Shown here: piece by piece, positions 17,821 to 27,442 of the stretch
Numbering within the stretch: the stretch's first letter is position 1
Layout of the letters: every line of letters begins with the position of its first letter
Assembly: GCA_031364805.1 (NCBI GenBank)
Contig: JANLWW010000060.1
Location: 49,867-113,866 of the forward strand
DNA: 64,000 nt
DNA from: Acidobacteriota bacterium
Lineage (GTDB): Bacteria; Acidobacteriota; Vicinamibacteria; Vicinamibacterales; UBA2999
Direction of reading: 5' to 3'
Notes under the pieces: generated by a model
The model's database searches: none
Seen by the model: only the letters and a program-made list of their open reading frames with translations
Told to the model about the DNA's origin: nothing
Made by a program: the position numbers and the translations under genes

Positions 17821-19392
17821 ATGCGCTTCGCACGCTTGGCACTCTTGGCACTCTTGGCTCCCTTGTCGTTGGGTGCCCAAGCCCCCACGTTCGACATTCT
17901 GATTAAGAATGGTCGCGTTCTCGATGGCACCGGCAATCCCTGGTATCGCGCCGACATCGGAATCACCGGCGACCGCATCCGCGCCATGGGCACTCTCACC
18001 GATGCGACGGCGAAGACCGTCATCGACGCGGCCGACCGGTTCGTGACGCCCGGCTTCATCGACGTGCACTCGCATGCCGGCGAGGGACTGGCGACCGAGG
18101 TGTTGAAACATGGTCAGCCACTGCTGGCGCAAGGGCTGACGACCGTGTTCGTGAATCCCGATGGCGGCGGTCCGGTTGACCTGGCCGCCCAGCGCGCCAC
18201 TTACGAGAAGCAGCGCATTGGCACTAACGTCGGCCAGTTCGTACCGCACGGCTCGATTCGCCGCGCGGTGATGAACATGTCAGACCGCGATCCGGACGCG
18301 GGCGAAGTCGCGAAGATGGTCGAGCTCACCCGCCAGGGCATGCTTGCCGGGGCGGTCGGCTTGTCGAGCGGTCTCTACTACGCGCCCGGCAGCTATTCGA
18401 AGACCGCGGAGGTCGTGGCGATGGCCAGGGCCACGGCGCCGTTCGGCGGCGTCTACTCCAGTCATATTCGCGATGAATCCGACTACACGATCGGCGTGGT
18501 CGCCGCGGTCCAGGAAGTCATCGACATTGCCGAACAGGGTGGCGTCACCGGTGTGGTGTCGCACATGAAGGCGCTGGGGCCCGCGAGCTGGGGGTTGTCG
18601 AAGACGCTGATCGAGCGAATTGAAGCGGCGCGCGGCCGGGGCGTCCAGGTGTTTGCCGACCAGTATCCCTACGAAGCCAGCGGCACCGGCATCGTCGGCG
18701 CCCTGATGCCGCGCTCGGCCCAGGTCGGCGGACGCGAGGCGATGATGAAACGCATTCTTGGCGAGTTGCGCGACGAGATTCGCGCCGACGTCAAGACCAA
18801 CATCGCCCGGCGCGGCGGCGCCGAGACGCTGATGATCAGCCGCTACACGGCGGACCCGTCGTTCGAGGGGCAGCGGCTTGCCACGCTGGCCGCGAGAGCC
18901 GGGATGGCGCCCGAAGAGTTTGCGCTCAAGATGCTGGAAAAGGGAGATGCCAGCCTGGTGTCGTTCAATATGTCCGAAGGCGACATCGAAGGCATCATGC
19001 GGCAGCCGTGGACGATGACCTGCACCGATGGCGACCTCGTGCCGATGGGCGTCGGCGTGCCTCACCCGCGCGCCTACGGCGCGTTCGCGCGCAAGCTGAA
19101 GCGCTACGTCCGCGAGCGCGGCGCCATCGACATTGCCGGTGCCGTGCGCTCGATGACGACATTACCGGCAACGGTGTTTGGCTTGAAGGACCGCGGCCAG
19201 CTACGCGCCGGCGCGTTTGCGGATGTCTTGATCTTTGACCTGGCGAAGGTGAACGACGCGGCCACTTACGAGAAGCCGCACCAACTCGCCGAGGGGATGA
19301 ACGACATCATCGTCAACGGCGAATTGGTGCGGCGAAATGGTGCGTTTACCTCTGCCCTGGTTGGACGGGTTTTGCGCCCTGAGCGGCGGTAA
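17821..19392 (+). CDS. N-acyl-D-amino-acid deacylase family amidohydrolase (secreted)
   Basis: Signal peptide; FDILIKNGRVLDGTGNPWYRADIGITGDRI; FIDVHSH metal motif. Confidence 0.8.
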   Translation: MRFARLALLALLAPLSLGAQAPTFDILIKNGRVLDGTGNPWYRADIGITGDRIRAMGTLTDATAKTVIDAADRFVTPGFIDVHSHAGEGLATEVLKHGQPLLAQGLTTVFVNPDGGGPVDLAAQRATYEKQRIGTNVGQFVPHGSIRRAVMNMSDRDPDAGEVAKMVELTRQGMLAGAVGLSSGLYYAPGSYSKTAEVVAMARATAPFGGVYSSHIRDESDYTIGVVAAVQEVIDIAEQGGVTGVVSHMKALGPASWGLSKTLIERIEAARGRGVQVFADQYPYEASGTGIVGALMPRSAQVGGREAMMKRILGELRDEIRADVKTNIARRGGAETLMISRYTADPSFEGQRLATLAARAGMAPEEFALKMLEKGDASLVSFNMSEGDIEGIMRQPWTMTCTDGDLVPMGVGVPHPRAYGAFARKLKRYVRERGAIDIAGAVRSMTTLPATVFGLKDRGQLRAGAFADVLIFDLAKVNDAATYEKPHQLAEGMNDIIVNGELVRRNGAFTSALVGRVLRPERR

Positions 19393-19395
19393 AGC

Positions 19396-19845
19396 CTAGT
19401 TCCAGGGGATATCAACCTCGGGATCTTCGGTATAGCCATTGGCCGTCACGTTGTACTTATAGCGGCCGTCCTTGGCGCCCTGGCAACTGACCCTCGCATT
19501 GCCGCCCTTGATATAGATCGGGGCGTCGCCCCAAGGTCCGCCCTCCGGCCAGCTAATTTCAACATCGACGTGCTCGTCGGAGGTGAGATTAACCACCGTC
19601 CACTCGATGAAACCGGGACCAGCCGGTAGCAACTGCGGCGAGGTGCGAACGCGATGGCCGCCGTCAGTCTTATACAAGAAGATCGTCGCCGCCGCGGTGC
19701 GGTTGCTCGGAACGGCAGAACTTACTGCCGGTGTCGGGGCCTTGCGTGCCGCCGCTTTCTTCCTGGGGGCCGCCTTGCTGGGAGCCGATTTTTTCATCGG
19801 CGACTTCTTGGCCTTGCTTTTTGTTGCTGGCTTCTTTTTGCTCAT
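19396..19845 (-). CDS. hypothetical protein with histone-H1-like Lys/Ala/Pro N-terminal tail and beta-rich C-domain
   Basis: MSKKKPATKSKAKKSPMKKSAPSKAAPRKKAAARKAPTP; ATGA overlap with the upstream kinase gene. Confidence 0.6.
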   Translation of the reverse strand: MSKKKPATKSKAKKSPMKKSAPSKAAPRKKAAARKAPTPAVSSAVPSNRTAAATIFLYKTDGGHRVRTSPQLLPAGPGFIEWTVVNLTSDEHVDVEISWPEGGPWGDAPIYIKGGNARVSCQGAKDGRYKYNVTANGYTEDPEVDIPWN

Positions 19846-22412
19846 CGCTTCACCTCAGTTGGGGTTGACACCAGCGCCACAAAACGCGGCATGGTTCGTA
19901 GTCGTGCAAAATCTTCTTCGTCGGCGATCAACCGTGGCGACAAGCCGGCGGCAACTGCGCGCTCGATCGCGTTCAGCGATTCAGTGGTGCGGCCCGCCAG
20001 GACATGAACCACGCCCGCGCGCTGCAGCACTTGCTCGTCGCGCGGCGCCAATTCCTGGGCCCGCCGCAGGCTGTTCAGGGCGGCGGCATCGTCGCCGGCC
20101 TTCGCCTGGTACACCGCCAGACGCGCAATGGTTCGTGCGTCGGAGGGGCTGACCGACACCTCGGCTTCAGCCCGCGTCACCGCCTGCCGGTAAGCCCGCA
20201 TGGCATCCGCCTTCCGGCCAAGATGCGCGTACGCATCGCCAAGGTTCCGATGCTGGATCGCTCCCATCGGGCGAATCAGCAGTGCTCCTTCGTAGGCGCT
20301 GGCAGCTTTTGCATGGTCGCCGAGCCGATAATAGATCGTTCCCATGTTCGAAAACGTCTCGGCGCGCGGCTGGATGGCATTGGCGCGTTCGTAGAAGCCG
20401 AGCGCCTGCTGGTCGTTCCCCATCATTTGCGAGGCCGAGCCCGCTCGAACCAGGCTCACAGCCGAACTGGGTGACAACTGGATGGCGCGCTCGAATGCCT
20501 CGAGCGCCCCTGGATAGCGAGCCGCGGCGTAAAGGGCCAGACCCATGTCGCTGAACAGCGATACTGAATTCGGTCGGATCGTCATCAGTCGCTGAAACTC
20601 GGCCAAGCCGCGGTCGAGATCGCCGCTTCGCATCAGCACGGTGGCATGCAGGCGGATGGCATCTTCGTAAGTCGGCTGTAGAGCCAGGGCCCGTTCGACT
20701 TCGGAATTCGCTGCCTGGAATCGGCCACTGCGGAACAGTGTCAGCGCAGCGATATACCGTACGCTCGGGCGCTCCGGCTCTAACGCAATCGCCCGGGTCG
20801 TCGAGGTCATTGCGCTCTCGGCCCAACTCTGGTCGTTGGTCTGCGTATACATGGCCCATTGCGCCTCGGCCAGACTGGCGTGAGCCACCGCAAACTTGGG
20901 ATCGATCGCCACTGCATCACCGAATTCCTTCAGTGCCGCCTGAATGCTGCCAGTGAGATCGCGTCGATCGAGGTGCGCGCGGCCCTTCCAGTACGACATC
21001 TGGGCCGGCTCACTGGCGGTGGTGGGCGCGGCCGGCGCCACTCGCTCGGCCGACGGCGTCTGGTCGGCAATCGCGTTACCGAGGGCCGTCGCCAGACGGG
21101 TTTGCAGCTCGAACAGTTCCTTGACCGGCCCCTCGACCGTTTCGCCCCACGCCACTGACGCATCGGGCCGCTCGAGATTCAGCGTGACCCGCAAACGGTC
21201 GGCGATCGATTGCACGGAGCCGGTGACGATATAGCTGGCGTCGAGGGAGCGCACGAAACCGGCGCGATCGGGATTCTGCTGGCGGCTCTCCTCGACCGCC
21301 GATCGCGACAGCACGGTGACGCGGGGCACGGACGCGAGACCGGTAATCAGGCTTTCGGCAAGGCCGGCGCCAAGGTAGTCGTTGGCGGGATCGCCGCTTG
21401 AATTGGTGAGCGGCAACACGGCGATGACCGGCGCTTCAGGCCCCAGGGGACGCGCGTTCCATTGCAGCCAGACGACGATGGCCGCCACCGCCATCAACGT
21501 CAGTGCCGCGACCACCAGCGTGATGGTCGGGACGTGCTGGCGCACCAGCACCGTGCGGCGCGCCAGCGGCGACGACTCGATGTCACGAAGCGGACTCAGT
21601 TCGATCAACACCTCTTCGCCAGAGGCCGGCCGCCGCGATGGCTCGCGCTCGAGCAGCCGCTCGACCAGTTGCGCCAATTGCGGCGGCACCCACGGTCCAG
21701 CGCTCGTCAACTTCGGGGCATCGTCTCGGAGCACTGAGCTCGCGAGACGGATGGCGTCGCTGCCGGGAAATGGGCGCCGCCCGGCGACCATTTCGAAGAG
21801 CATCACGCCCAGCGAGTAGAGATCGGCGCGGCCATCGACGTTACGCGATAGGTATTGCTCCGGCGCCGCGTAGCCAGGGGTGCCGACCAGGCCGCCGCCC
21901 ACCGTGCCGGGTGCGGTGGCCGACAGGTCGGCGCCGGCCGGCACCAGGCGGGCGATGCCGAAGTCCAGGACCTTGGCGCGGCCGTCGGGCCCCAGCACCA
22001 CGTTCGACGGCTTGAGGTCGCGATGGATCACACCTTGCGCGTGCGCGGATGCCAGCGCGTCGGCGAGCTGCCAGGAAATTTCAACCGCCTCGGCCACCGA
22101 CATGGGGCCGCGCTGCAGGCGCGCTGCCAGCGTGTCGCCCTCCACGTACTCGAAGACGACCACGACCTGGCCGTCGACATCGAGCACATCGTGCACGGTG
22201 GCGATGTTGGGATGATTGAGAGTGGCGGCGGCGCGCGCCTCGCGCATCAAGCGCTGGCGGCCGTCAGTGGTATCGGCGTCGGCGCCCTTGACCGTCTTCA
22301 AGGCGACCTTGCGCTGCAGCCGCGTGTCTTCCGCCAGCCACACGACGCCCATGCCACCAGCTCCTAGCTGGTGGACGATCTGGTACGGTCCGACAACGGT
22401 TCCGGCGTGCAC
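19842..22412 (-). CDS. serine/threonine protein kinase with TM segment and C-terminal TPR repeats
   Basis: GAGGMGVV...VALK, HRDLKPSN, DFG, APE motifs; a TM helix; many TPR-like repeats. Confidence 0.85.
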   Translation of the reverse strand: MHAGTVVGPYQIVHQLGAGGMGVVWLAEDTRLQRKVALKTVKGADADTTDGRQRLMREARAAATLNHPNIATVHDVLDVDGQVVVVFEYVEGDTLAARLQRGPMSVAEAVEISWQLADALASAHAQGVIHRDLKPSNVVLGPDGRAKVLDFGIARLVPAGADLSATAPGTVGGGLVGTPGYAAPEQYLSRNVDGRADLYSLGVMLFEMVAGRRPFPGSDAIRLASSVLRDDAPKLTSAGPWVPPQLAQLVERLLEREPSRRPASGEEVLIELSPLRDIESSPLARRTVLVRQHVPTITLVVAALTLMAVAAIVVWLQWNARPLGPEAPVIAVLPLTNSSGDPANDYLGAGLAESLITGLASVPRVTVLSRSAVEESRQQNPDRAGFVRSLDASYIVTGSVQSIADRLRVTLNLERPDASVAWGETVEGPVKELFELQTRLATALGNAIADQTPSAERVAPAAPTTASEPAQMSYWKGRAHLDRRDLTGSIQAALKEFGDAVAIDPKFAVAHASLAEAQWAMYTQTNDQSWAESAMTSTTRAIALEPERPSVRYIAALTLFRSGRFQAANSEVERALALQPTYEDAIRLHATVLMRSGDLDRGLAEFQRLMTIRPNSVSLFSDMGLALYAAARYPGALEAFERAIQLSPSSAVSLVRAGSASQMMGNDQQALGFYERANAIQPRAETFSNMGTIYYRLGDHAKAASAYEGALLIRPMGAIQHRNLGDAYAHLGRKADAMRAYRQAVTRAEAEVSVSPSDARTIARLAVYQAKAGDDAAALNSLRRAQELAPRDEQVLQRAGVVHVLAGRTTESLNAIERAVAAGLSPRLIADEEDFARLRTMPRFVALVSTPTEVKR

Positions 22413-22577
22413 AGCTCTAATGGAAAATAGGTTCGATAAGTAAGCAGGCCGCTTTATCGGAACAGCCCAGAATCCGTCGACGAGCGGTTCTGCTCATCGC
22501 TGCGCTTTCGTCGAGAGGCCCCACTGAAGGTCCCCGAGCAGAGGAGGATAGCACCGAACGCGCGACCGCTTGCGCAA

Positions 22578-23831
22578 TCAAGAGCCCGGGTTGCGCGTAA
22601 TCAGCCGGACACTTCGCTGGTGGGTGAGATAAGCCGCGGCCCACTGCAGCAAGACGGACAGGCGATTGCGGAAGCCAATCAGAAACAACACATGTACGAA
22701 TAGCCACATCAGCCATCCAAGGAAACCAGATACTTGCAGGAAGCCGAAATCGGCGATCGCGTTCGCCCGGCCGATCGTGGCCATGTTACCGGGATCGAGG
22801 TAGCGAAACGGCCGGGTCTGCTCACCGCGAATCAACCGGGCGATGTTGCGAGCGGCGTGTGCGCCCTGCTGCTTGGCCACTTGCGCAACCCCCGGCAACG
22901 GCTTGCCGGTTTGGTGCAGGAAGCTCGCAAGGTCGCCGACCACGAACACGCCGGCATGGCCGGGTGCCGACAGATCGGGCTCGACGTTGATGCGCCCCGC
23001 GCGATCGAGCGCAGGTCCGAGGTCGCGCGCCACCGGCGCGGCGGCCACGCCGGCCGCCCACATGATGGTGTGTGCGTCGATGCGCTCACCGCCCATGCTC
23101 ACTGCCCCTTCCTCCACGTGTGTGACCGCCGTGCCTTCGAGTACCTCGACGCCGAGCCTGGCGAGGGCGCGCCTCGCCGACGCGCGCAAGGTTTCCGGAA
23201 ACGCGGGCAGGATCGAGGGCCCCGCCTCGATCAGCAGGATCCGCGCCGACGCGGGGTCAATCGCGTCGAACTCGGACCGCAGCGCCTGCTTCGCGATTTC
23301 GGCGAGCGCGCCGGCCATTTCCACGCCGGTCGGGCCGCCGCCGATGATCACGAACGTCAGCAGGCGGCGTTGCCGGGCGCCGTCAGGTTCACGTTCCGCC
23401 TGTTCAAACGCCAGCAGCAGCCGCCGCCGAATCGCCAGCGCATCGTCCAGGGTCTTGAGGCCGGGCGCAACCCTGCTCCATTCGTCGTGGCCAAAATAGG
23501 AATGCGTGGCGCCCGCCGCCACGACCAGGTAATCGTACGACAGGGCGTCGTGACCGTCCATCCAGACCTGGCGCGCGCTGCTGTCGATGCGTTCAACGGT
23601 ACCCAGCAGCACCCGCAAACGCGGCTGTTTGCGCAGGATCCAGCGAATCGGCGAGGCAATGTCGCCCGGCGACAGGCCGGCCGTGGCTACCTGATAAAGC
23701 AGCGGCTGGAAGACGTGATGATTGTGACGATCGATGATCGTCACCTCGCAGGCCACGTTACTGAGCGTGCGTGCCGCCGACAGCCCGCCGAAGCCGCCGC
23801 CGATGATCACCACTTGGGGTAGGCGTGCCAT
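22578..23831 (-). CDS. ndh: type II NADH:quinone oxidoreductase (NDH-2 family)
   Basis: VVIIGGGFGGL and VIIGGGPTGVEMAG dinucleotide motifs; ATG at 23831 preceded by AGGAG. Confidence 0.85.
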   Translation of the reverse strand: MARLPQVVIIGGGFGGLSAARTLSNVACEVTIIDRHNHHVFQPLLYQVATAGLSPGDIASPIRWILRKQPRLRVLLGTVERIDSSARQVWMDGHDALSYDYLVVAAGATHSYFGHDEWSRVAPGLKTLDDALAIRRRLLLAFEQAEREPDGARQRRLLTFVIIGGGPTGVEMAGALAEIAKQALRSEFDAIDPASARILLIEAGPSILPAFPETLRASARRALARLGVEVLEGTAVTHVEEGAVSMGGERIDAHTIMWAAGVAAAPVARDLGPALDRAGRINVEPDLSAPGHAGVFVVGDLASFLHQTGKPLPGVAQVAKQQGAHAARNIARLIRGEQTRPFRYLDPGNMATIGRANAIADFGFLQVSGFLGWLMWLFVHVLFLIGFRNRLSVLLQWAAAYLTHQRSVRLITRNPGS

Positions 23832-23851
23832 CTCCTCTATTCTAGGAGCGT

Positions 23852-25882
23852 ATGGCGAAGCCAGGCGCTGCTCCCACGGAATCCAACGTCCAAACCGCGT
23901 GTCCGCTCGATTGTCCCGATGCCTGCACGCTGGACGTGACACTACGGTCGGGCCGCATCACGAAGATCGATGGGTCGAAGGACAACCACATCACCAACGG
24001 CTACATCTGCGCCAAGGTGCGGACCTTTCACGAGCGCGTCTACGGCGACGACCGCCTACTCTACCCGGCAATCCGGCGCGGCGCCAAGGGGGCCGGGCAG
24101 TTCAAGCGCGTCAGCTGGGACGATGCGCTCGACTTGATCGCGACCAAGATGCGGGAAGCGAGCGCCTCCGGGGGAGCCGAAACCATCCTGCCACTTTGCT
24201 ACGGCGGCTCGAACGGCTTCATGACACAGGACTACGCGGATGCGATCCTGTTCCGCCGGCTTGGGACCTCGCGCCTGTTGCGCACGGTGTGCGCGGCGCC
24301 GACCGGCGCGGCCAACCAGGGCCTGTACGGCAAGATGGCATCGGTCAGCTACGAAGACTATCCGTCGGCCAAGATGATCATCATCTGGGGCGTGAACCCC
24401 GGCGTGTCGGGCATTCACTTGATGCCGTTCCTCAAAGACGCACGCGACAATGGCGCTTATGTCGTGGTGCTCGACCCGCGCGCCACCACGGTGGCACGGC
24501 AGGCCGACTTGCATCTGGCGGTGAGGCCCGGCACCGACCTCCCGGTGGCACTGGCCATTCATCGCTACCTCTTTGCAGAGGGCTTCGCCGACCAGGCTTT
24601 CCTCGATCAGCACACCAACGGCGCCGGCGAGCTGCGCACGAAGGCCGAACCGTGGACGTTCGAGCGGGCCGCTGACGTGAGCGGCATCGATGCCGGGCAA
24701 CTGCGCGGACTGGCCGAGCGCTATGCGAAGGCGTCGCCCGCACTGGTCAAGTGCGGATGGGGGCTTGAGCGCAACCGCAACGGCGGCAGCGCCGCGGCAG
24801 CCGTCCTCGCCCTGCCTGCAGTCGCGGGCAAGTTCGGCGTGCGCGGCGGCGGGTTCTCGATGAGCAACTCGGCATCGTGGAATATCGATCGCACGTGGCT
24901 CACCGATGCCGAACCACCCACCCGCGCCGTCAACATGAACAAGGTCGGCCGCGTGTTGACCGAGCCGGAAGGCACGCCGGTCAACATGCTGTTCGTCTAC
25001 AACTGCAATCCCGTCGCGATCCTGCCCGATCAGCGCCGCGTAATTCGCGGCTTCGAGCGCGAAGATCTCTTCACGGTAGTGTTCGATCAGGTGATGACCG
25101 ACTCGGCGATGTATGCCGACGTTGTGCTGCCGGCTACTACGTTTCTCGAACACTACGACTTCGCGCGCGGCTACGGCCCGATCACCCTGCAGTTGGGCAA
25201 GCCGGTAATCGATGCGGTCGGCGAATCGCGGCCAAACAGCGATGTCTTCCTTGAGTTGTCCCGCCGCCTGGAACTGTCAGTCGAGGGGGACCCCGAAGAC
25301 GACCTTGAATCGATGCTCGCGGTGCTCGGCCACCTGCCGCAGCAAGTTGGCAACGACTTACGCGAGAACTGGAAAGCGGCGCCGCCGCACGACGGACGTC
25401 CCGTGCAATTCGTGGACGTGTTTCCGAAAACCACTGACCGCAAGGTCGACCTGTTTCCCAAAGCGCTCGATACGCAGGCACCGATGGGCCTCTACGGCTA
25501 CCAGCCGGATCCCGGCACCTCGGAGTTTCCCCTGGCGTTGATTTCACCTGCAAGCGATCGCACCATCAGTTCAACCCTCGGCGAATTGCCTCGCCCCGAA
25601 GTGCGGTTAGAAATGAACCCGGACGATGCGTCAGCGCGCGGGGTGCAGGAGGGCGATGGGCTGCGGGTCTGGAACGGGCTCGGGGAAGTACGCATCAAGG
25701 CGCACCTCACGCACCTGATGAGGCCCGGCACCGTCGCCATGCCTAAGGGGGTGTGGCGTCGTAATACGGCGAACGGCTACACGTCGAACGCGCTCTCGCC
25801 CGACAGCTTGTCGGATTTGGGTGGTGGCGCGTGCTTCAACGATGCGCGCGTGCAGGTTGAGAAGACTGAGAAGGCTTATTGA
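23852..25882 (+). CDS. molybdopterin-dependent oxidoreductase with N-terminal 4Fe-4S motif
   Basis: CPLDCPDACTLDV cluster motif; molybdopterin oxidoreductase and C-terminal MopB barrel-like pattern; no in-frame TGA. Confidence 0.85.
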   Translation: MAKPGAAPTESNVQTACPLDCPDACTLDVTLRSGRITKIDGSKDNHITNGYICAKVRTFHERVYGDDRLLYPAIRRGAKGAGQFKRVSWDDALDLIATKMREASASGGAETILPLCYGGSNGFMTQDYADAILFRRLGTSRLLRTVCAAPTGAANQGLYGKMASVSYEDYPSAKMIIIWGVNPGVSGIHLMPFLKDARDNGAYVVVLDPRATTVARQADLHLAVRPGTDLPVALAIHRYLFAEGFADQAFLDQHTNGAGELRTKAEPWTFERAADVSGIDAGQLRGLAERYAKASPALVKCGWGLERNRNGGSAAAAVLALPAVAGKFGVRGGGFSMSNSASWNIDRTWLTDAEPPTRAVNMNKVGRVLTEPEGTPVNMLFVYNCNPVAILPDQRRVIRGFEREDLFTVVFDQVMTDSAMYADVVLPATTFLEHYDFARGYGPITLQLGKPVIDAVGESRPNSDVFLELSRRLELSVEGDPEDDLESMLAVLGHLPQQVGNDLRENWKAAPPHDGRPVQFVDVFPKTTDRKVDLFPKALDTQAPMGLYGYQPDPGTSEFPLALISPASDRTISSTLGELPRPEVRLEMNPDDASARGVQEGDGLRVWNGLGEVRIKAHLTHLMRPGTVAMPKGVWRRNTANGYTSNALSPDSLSDLGGGACFNDARVQVEKTEKAY

Positions 25883-25953
25883 GGGAAGGGACGAGATGGT
25901 GAGAAGTGAGAAGTACCGGCCAGGGGTAGGTGGCGCAGCACTTCTCTCTTCCC
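25883..25953 (+). terminator. long imperfect hairpin containing a GTGAGAA tandem repeat
   Basis: GGGAAG (25883-88) pairs with CTTCCC (25948-53). GAGAAGTG (25901-08) pairs with CACTTCTC (25939-46). GTGAGAA x2 at 25899-25912. No U tract. Confidence 0.4.
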
Positions 25954-25985
25954 GAGTGTCGTGTTCTTACAAACGTGCCAGAAAA

Positions 25986-26186
25986 CTATCCGACAGACGG
26001 AAGCTTGCCCCGTCCGCCTCGGCTGGCTTGGCCACCCTTGCGTCCGGCGCGTCGCGCTTCATCGGCTGACCATTCGTGCGCGGTTCCCTTGGCATGAGCG
26101 GCTCGGCCGCCTTTGCTGGCAATTTCGCGCTGCTTCTCTGCTGACATCGAGGCAAAACCCCGGCGTGCCTTTCGAATCTCAAACAC
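25986..26186 (-). CDS. KGG-repeat general stress protein (YciG/Con-6-like)
   Basis: EKQREIASKGGRAAH and EARRAGRKGGQAS repeats; the start may be the internal Met. Confidence 0.7.
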   Translation of the reverse strand: MFEIRKARRGFASMSAEKQREIASKGGRAAHAKGTAHEWSADEARRAGRKGGQASRGGRGKLPSVG

Positions 26187-26391
26187 GGTGACCTCCCATT
26201 GGTCGAGTACGCCTTTACTTACCTCGGTATTAGCTAATTTCGTGCCAGCTCAACAGACTTCACGATCGCGTAAGATGTTCTGTGTCAGTCGTTTGCGAAG
26301 ATACAAACTGAGACACAATAGCCGTAAGCCCAACTGTCTGCATTGAAACATTACAGTTGGGCTCCATACTGCCGAGGATCAATACAAACCG

Positions 26392-27168
26392 ATGATGACC
26401 AAATCGAAGCTGGCAGTGGTCTTCGCAATCGCGCTGCCGCTGGTCGCCGGGGCCGCGATCCTAAGCCCGCGAGGTCGGGCATTCGCCAGCCACCTCGACG
26501 AAAATCGGCGCTGCTGCCAACTGACATTTGGCCGGGCATTTGTCATCGCCGTGCAGGAGACGCTGGGCAACCCGCCCTATCCGTCAGAGATCGGGCAGGA
26601 CAAGTGGGTCGCCGAAGTGATGTTCCCTGAGGTTCAGGACGGCGTCTTCCTGGACGTCGGTTCCGGTCACGGCCAGATCGGCTCCAACACCAAGGCGCTG
26701 GAGGATCGAGGCTGGACCGGCATCTGTGTTGACCCCTTCCCAACCGCCATGGAAGGACGTGACTGCCAGATGGTCAAGGAAGTCGTCTCGAGCGAGGCCG
26801 GCAAGAAGGTGTCGTTCCATACCCACGACGGGCTGGGCGGCATCGCCGATACGCTGGGGAAGTGGAAAGATGAAGCCTCAAAGGCGCCCACCGTCGAGCT
26901 GGTCACGGTGACGCTGGCCGACGTCTTGGCGCGAACCGGTGCGCCCGCATTCATTCACTTTCTCAGCCTCGACATTGAAGGCGCGGAACTCGAGGCACTG
27001 CGCGGCATCCCCTTCGACAAGTATCAATTCGGCGCGATGGCCATTGAGCACAACGAAGAGGAGCCCAAGCGCGGCGACATCATTGCGTTCCTGGCAGAAC
27101 GTGGCTACCGGCGCGTCCATACTTACAAGCAGGACGACTTCTTCGCCCCGGCGACGGCCCAGCGTTAG
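26392..27168 (+). CDS. FkbM family methyltransferase with N-terminal membrane anchor
   Basis: VFLDVGSGHGQIGSN; HFLSLDIEGAELEAL. Confidence 0.75.
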   Translation: MMTKSKLAVVFAIALPLVAGAAILSPRGRAFASHLDENRRCCQLTFGRAFVIAVQETLGNPPYPSEIGQDKWVAEVMFPEVQDGVFLDVGSGHGQIGSNTKALEDRGWTGICVDPFPTAMEGRDCQMVKEVVSSEAGKKVSFHTHDGLGGIADTLGKWKDEASKAPTVELVTVTLADVLARTGAPAFIHFLSLDIEGAELEALRGIPFDKYQFGAMAIEHNEEEPKRGDIIAFLAERGYRRVHTYKQDDFFAPATAQR

Positions 27169-27383
27169 GAATCGCTGGCCTGGCGCTGGGCGCGGCGCGC
27201 CTTGAAGACGTCGCAGTCTTCGCAGTTCCTGAGGTCAAACTCGTAGCGGACGACGGGCCAGTACATGGGATGAGCGCAGTAGACCAACTCGCCGTCAACG
27301 ATCGTGTGCGAGCCGAGGTCCTCGGGCAGATCGGCGGTGCGCCGGCCGTACCAGCAGCACCGGTGACGTTCCTCAGGCTCCAC
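27165..27383 (-). CDS. Cys-rich small hypothetical protein
   Basis: 72 codons with CCW, YCAH and CEDC motifs; fills a gap; 4-nt convergent overlap with the FkbM gene. Confidence 0.4.
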   Translation of the reverse strand: MEPEERHRCCWYGRRTADLPEDLGSHTIVDGELVYCAHPMYWPVVRYEFDLRNCEDCDVFKARRAQRQASDS

Positions 27384-27442
27384 AACCGTGATGATAGCCG
27401 GGATGCGCCGTCGGGGTAAGATTGGAACGAGGCGATGTCTTT

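Noticed and set aside
23852-25882. Possible selenocysteine in the molybdopterin oxidoreductase, as in formate dehydrogenases.
   Set aside because: The ORF is continuous, with no in-frame TGA. Nothing in the sequence requires recoding.
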